Source: Diplonema japonicum
Taxonomy: Eukaryota > Protista > Euglenozoa: Diplonemea
DNA: 64,000 nucleotides
NCBI GenBank assembly: GCA_964019335.1
Contig: OZ025748.1
Coordinates: forward strand, 277,249 to 341,248
Direction: 5' to 3'
In this document: positions 61,523-64,000 of the stretch, in pieces
Layout of the letters: every line of letters starts with the position of its first letter
Position numbering within the stretch: position 1 is the stretch's first letter
Position numbers and translations under genes: made by a program
The notes under the pieces: model-generated
Databases searched by the model: none
Seen by the model: only the letters and a program-made list of their open reading frames with translations
Told to the model about the DNA's origin: nothing

Positions 61523-61560
61523 ACCAACGATTCTAAAGCTACAGTTTCTGTACTTTATTG
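61523..61560 (+). other. Spliced-leader exon copy 1 (38 nt)
   Basis: ACCAACGATTCTAAAGCTACAGTTTCTGTACTTTATTG carries the euglenozoan SL core CAGTTTCTGTACT(T/A)TATTG. Confidence 0.92.
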
Positions 61561-61564
61561 CCCT

Positions 61565-61603
61565 AACCAACGATTCTAAAGCTACAGTTTCTGTACTTTA
61601 TTG
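61565..61603 (+). other. Spliced-leader exon copy 2 (39 nt)
   Basis: AACCAACGATTCTAAAGCTACAGTTTCTGTACTTTATTG. It has the canonical 39-nt length and differs at ~2 positions from the Diplonema SL as I recall it. Confidence 0.92.
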
Positions 61604-62090
61604 GTCGTTCGTGTTCTGCTGGTGCCTGCCGCCTCTGCCTGGGTTTGCCGCTGCGTCCGTCGTCCGTCGTCACCGGGGGGGTTGTTTTGCCCGTCGGCCT
61701 GCCCGCTGCTCAACGAAAGGATCCCCTCCCCCCCAACACACACTATAAAACAAAAAAAAAAAAAATGGATCCAAGACAACTCGCAGGAGGAGGTGACCGC
61801 AGCCGTCATGGCACCGAGACCCACCCAACCAGACAATCTGGTTGGGCAGTATGAATCCCCACCCCCAGCCCCTAGATCCCCCCACCCCCCTTTAGAAAAA
61901 AAAATAATAAAATAAAAAAATCACAAGTAGAGACCGCGGTTTTGACCGCTGCAACCGCCCCTGCTACAGCCACGGCCGCCCCAGCCGCAGCCACGACCGA
62001 CACAACCACGATCGCCGCAGCCGCCCCTGCTGCCTTGAACGCTGCAGCCGCCCCTGCCGCAAGCCCGACCTCCGCAGCCGACCCTGCCAT
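61565..62090 (+). mobile_element. SL-headed repeat unit A (putative retroposed element)
   Basis: SL plus ~390 bp conserved with unit B, then a GCC/GCA-rich mosaic tail. Confidence 0.55.
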
Positions 62091-62810
62091 AGTTGAAGAG
62101 GAAAAAAAAAAGAAGAAAAAGGGGGAAGGGTGGATACTGAAAGATGGCGAGCACCCCCCCCGGGTTGAAGACAGGTGCTGCCCCCGCCTTCCCAGAAGCT
62201 CTGCCTTTCCCTTCCCCTCCCAAAAAAAAAAAAAGAAAAGAAGAGACCCACTCCTTCCTCTCGGGTTTGATTTTTCATCGGTGGACTTGTTGTGTCACAA
62301 CTTTTTATTTTTAAGACTTTTTGAAATTTTTATTTTTGAATTTTTATCATTTGGAGTTGCCTCTTCTTCTTCCCCTCTCCCTCCCATTAGGAAAAAGAGA
62401 AACCCATGCCTTCCTCCCAGGTTGGAACTTGATTGTCTGTTTTGGAATATTTTTTAAAAAAAAAAAAAAGTGTGTACATGGGGGATAAGGTCTACCTCAG
62501 GCCCTGTTACCCATTAGCCCTGTCCTTGGTATGCCTTGATGGTCGGAGGGGGTAAGGTAGCTGGTGTGTGCGTGGTTCCCCCCTGTGCTGTGTATCGGCT
62601 TTCGTTGTGACTGTTGCTGAATACGAAGTAGAAAAAAAAAAGCAAACAAAACAAAAAAAGAAAGCAACAACAAAAAAATGAATAGAGGTTTTTTTTTAAT
62701 TCAAAGTATCTTTTTGTTTTTGATGTTGGTAGGCCATAAAACAACCTTCATTCGCTAACCACATCAAAATCAAAATCTGTATCTTGGACTAAAAAAAAAA
62801 CACCCACTAC

Positions 62811-62848
62811 ACCAACGATTCTAAAGCTACAGTTTCTGTACTTTATTG
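62811..62848 (+). other. Spliced-leader exon copy 3 (38 nt)
   Basis: Identical to copy 1. Confidence 0.92.
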
Positions 62849-63370
62849 GTCGTTCGTGTTCTGCTGGTGCCTGCTGCCTCTGCCTGGGTTTGCCGCTGCG
62901 TCCGTCGTCCGTCGTCGCCGTCGTCCGGGGGGGTTGTTTTGCCCGTCGGCCTGCCCGCCGCTCAACGAAAGGATCCCCTCCCCCCCAACACACACAATAA
63001 ACAAAAAAAAAAAAAAATGGATCCAAGACGACTCGCAGGAGGAGGTGACCGCAGCCGCAGCCGCAGCCCGCAGGAGCAAGCCCGCAGCCCGCAGCACACG
63101 GCGCCGAGACCCACCCAACCAGGCAATCTGGTTGGGCAGTATGAATCCCCACCCCCTAGATCCCCCCACCCCCCTTTAGAAAAAAAAAATAATAAAATAA
63201 AAAAATCACTAGCAGAGACCGCGGTTTTGACCGCCGCTGCTACAGCCACGGCCGCCCCAGCCGCCTGAACGCCGCAGCCGACCCTGCCGCCCTGATCGCC
63301 GCAACTGAGACCGCCGCAGCCGCCCCTGCCGCAGCCACGACCGCCGCGACCACGACCCCTGCAGCCGACA
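62811..63370 (+). mobile_element. SL-headed repeat unit B
   Basis: Homologous to unit A starting from the SL 5' end; the upstream flanks are unrelated. Confidence 0.55.
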
Positions 63371-63403
63371 TCCCACATCAGGAGCGAGGTGGTTGAATGG
63401 ATG

Positions 63404-64000
63404 AAACCCGCAAACCCCGCAAACCCGCAAACCCCGCAAACCCGCAAACCCGCAAACCCGCAAACCCGCAAACCCGCAAACCCGCAAACCCGCAAACCCG
63501 CAAACCCGCAAACCCGCAAACCCGCAAACCCGCAAACCCGCAAACCCGCAAACCCGCAAACCCGCAAACCCGCAAACCCGCAAACCCGCAAACCCGCAAA
63601 CCCGCAAACCCGCAAACCCGCAAACCCGCAAACCCGCAAACCCAAACCCGCAAACCCGCAAACCCCGCAAACCCGCAAACCCGCAAACCCGCAAACCCGC
63701 AAACCCGCAAACCCGCAAACCCGCAAACCCGCAAACCCGCAAACCCGCAAACCCGCAAACCCGCAAACCCGCAAACCCGCAAACCCGCAAACCGCAAACC
63801 CGCAAACCCGCAAACCCGCAAACCCGCAAACCCGCAAACCCGCAAACCGCAAACCCGCAAACCCGCAAACCCGCAAACCCGCAAACCCGCAAACCCGCAA
63901 ACCCGCAAACCCGCAAACCCGCAAACCCGCAAACCCGCAAACCCGCAAACCCGCAAACCCGCAAACCCGCAAACCCGCAAACCCGCAAACCCGCAAACCC
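63404..64000 (+). repeat. (CCCGCAAA)n / (TTTGCGGG)n telomere-like 8-bp array, ~75 units, open at the window edge
   Basis: Read directly from the sequence; occasional 6-9-nt variant units. Confidence 0.97.

Noticed and set aside
61523-61603. CRISPR-like direct repeats
   Set aside because: The spacer is only 4-5 nt, the context is eukaryotic, there are no cas genes, and the repeat is the SL exon.
61565-61720. Functional SL RNA gene
   Set aside because: No GTATG-type donor that pairs with the exon, no nearby Sm site or T-run terminator, and no shared upstream promoter between copies. Not fully excluded without RNA data.
62962-64000. ORFs (RVCGFAGL)n on - and ATG-(KPANPQTR)n on +
   Set aside because: Artefacts of a stop-free 8-bp repeat; variant units shift frame freely.
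63404-64000. True right-hand telomere
   Set aside because: The C-rich strand is on +, the wrong polarity for a right chromosome end.

Overview
Eukaryotic nuclear DNA, most likely from a diplonemid (Euglenozoa). The evidence is three copies of a diplonemid-type spliced-leader (SL) exon at 61.5-62.8 kb, about 24 co-oriented + strand genes from 1-58.6 kb (polycistron-like), and short GT-AG introns. Genes include a Kelch protein, a split degenerate kinesin/LamG/IQ/caspase-like fusion, F-box/LRR, 2x SRPBCC, 2x cathepsin L-like, a Cys-rich mucin-stalk membrane protein, aldose 1-epimerase, a Ubl-BspA LRR array protein, sideroflexin, tubulin-tyrosine ligase, a MYND-less ZMYND10, 2x membrane pseudo-lipase, PPT1, an HSL-like esterase and a cation/H+ antiporter. 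I spliced introns by hand to join split ORFs. Many of them have poly(A)/purine or AC-rich tracts instead of a polypyrimidine tract. Most notable is the right end: a minus-strand coiled-coil gene stops abruptly at SL-headed repeat units, two SLs are joined through a single CCCTAA, and a (CCCGCAAA)n telomere-like array follows. All family calls come from motif recognition by eye, not from database searches.
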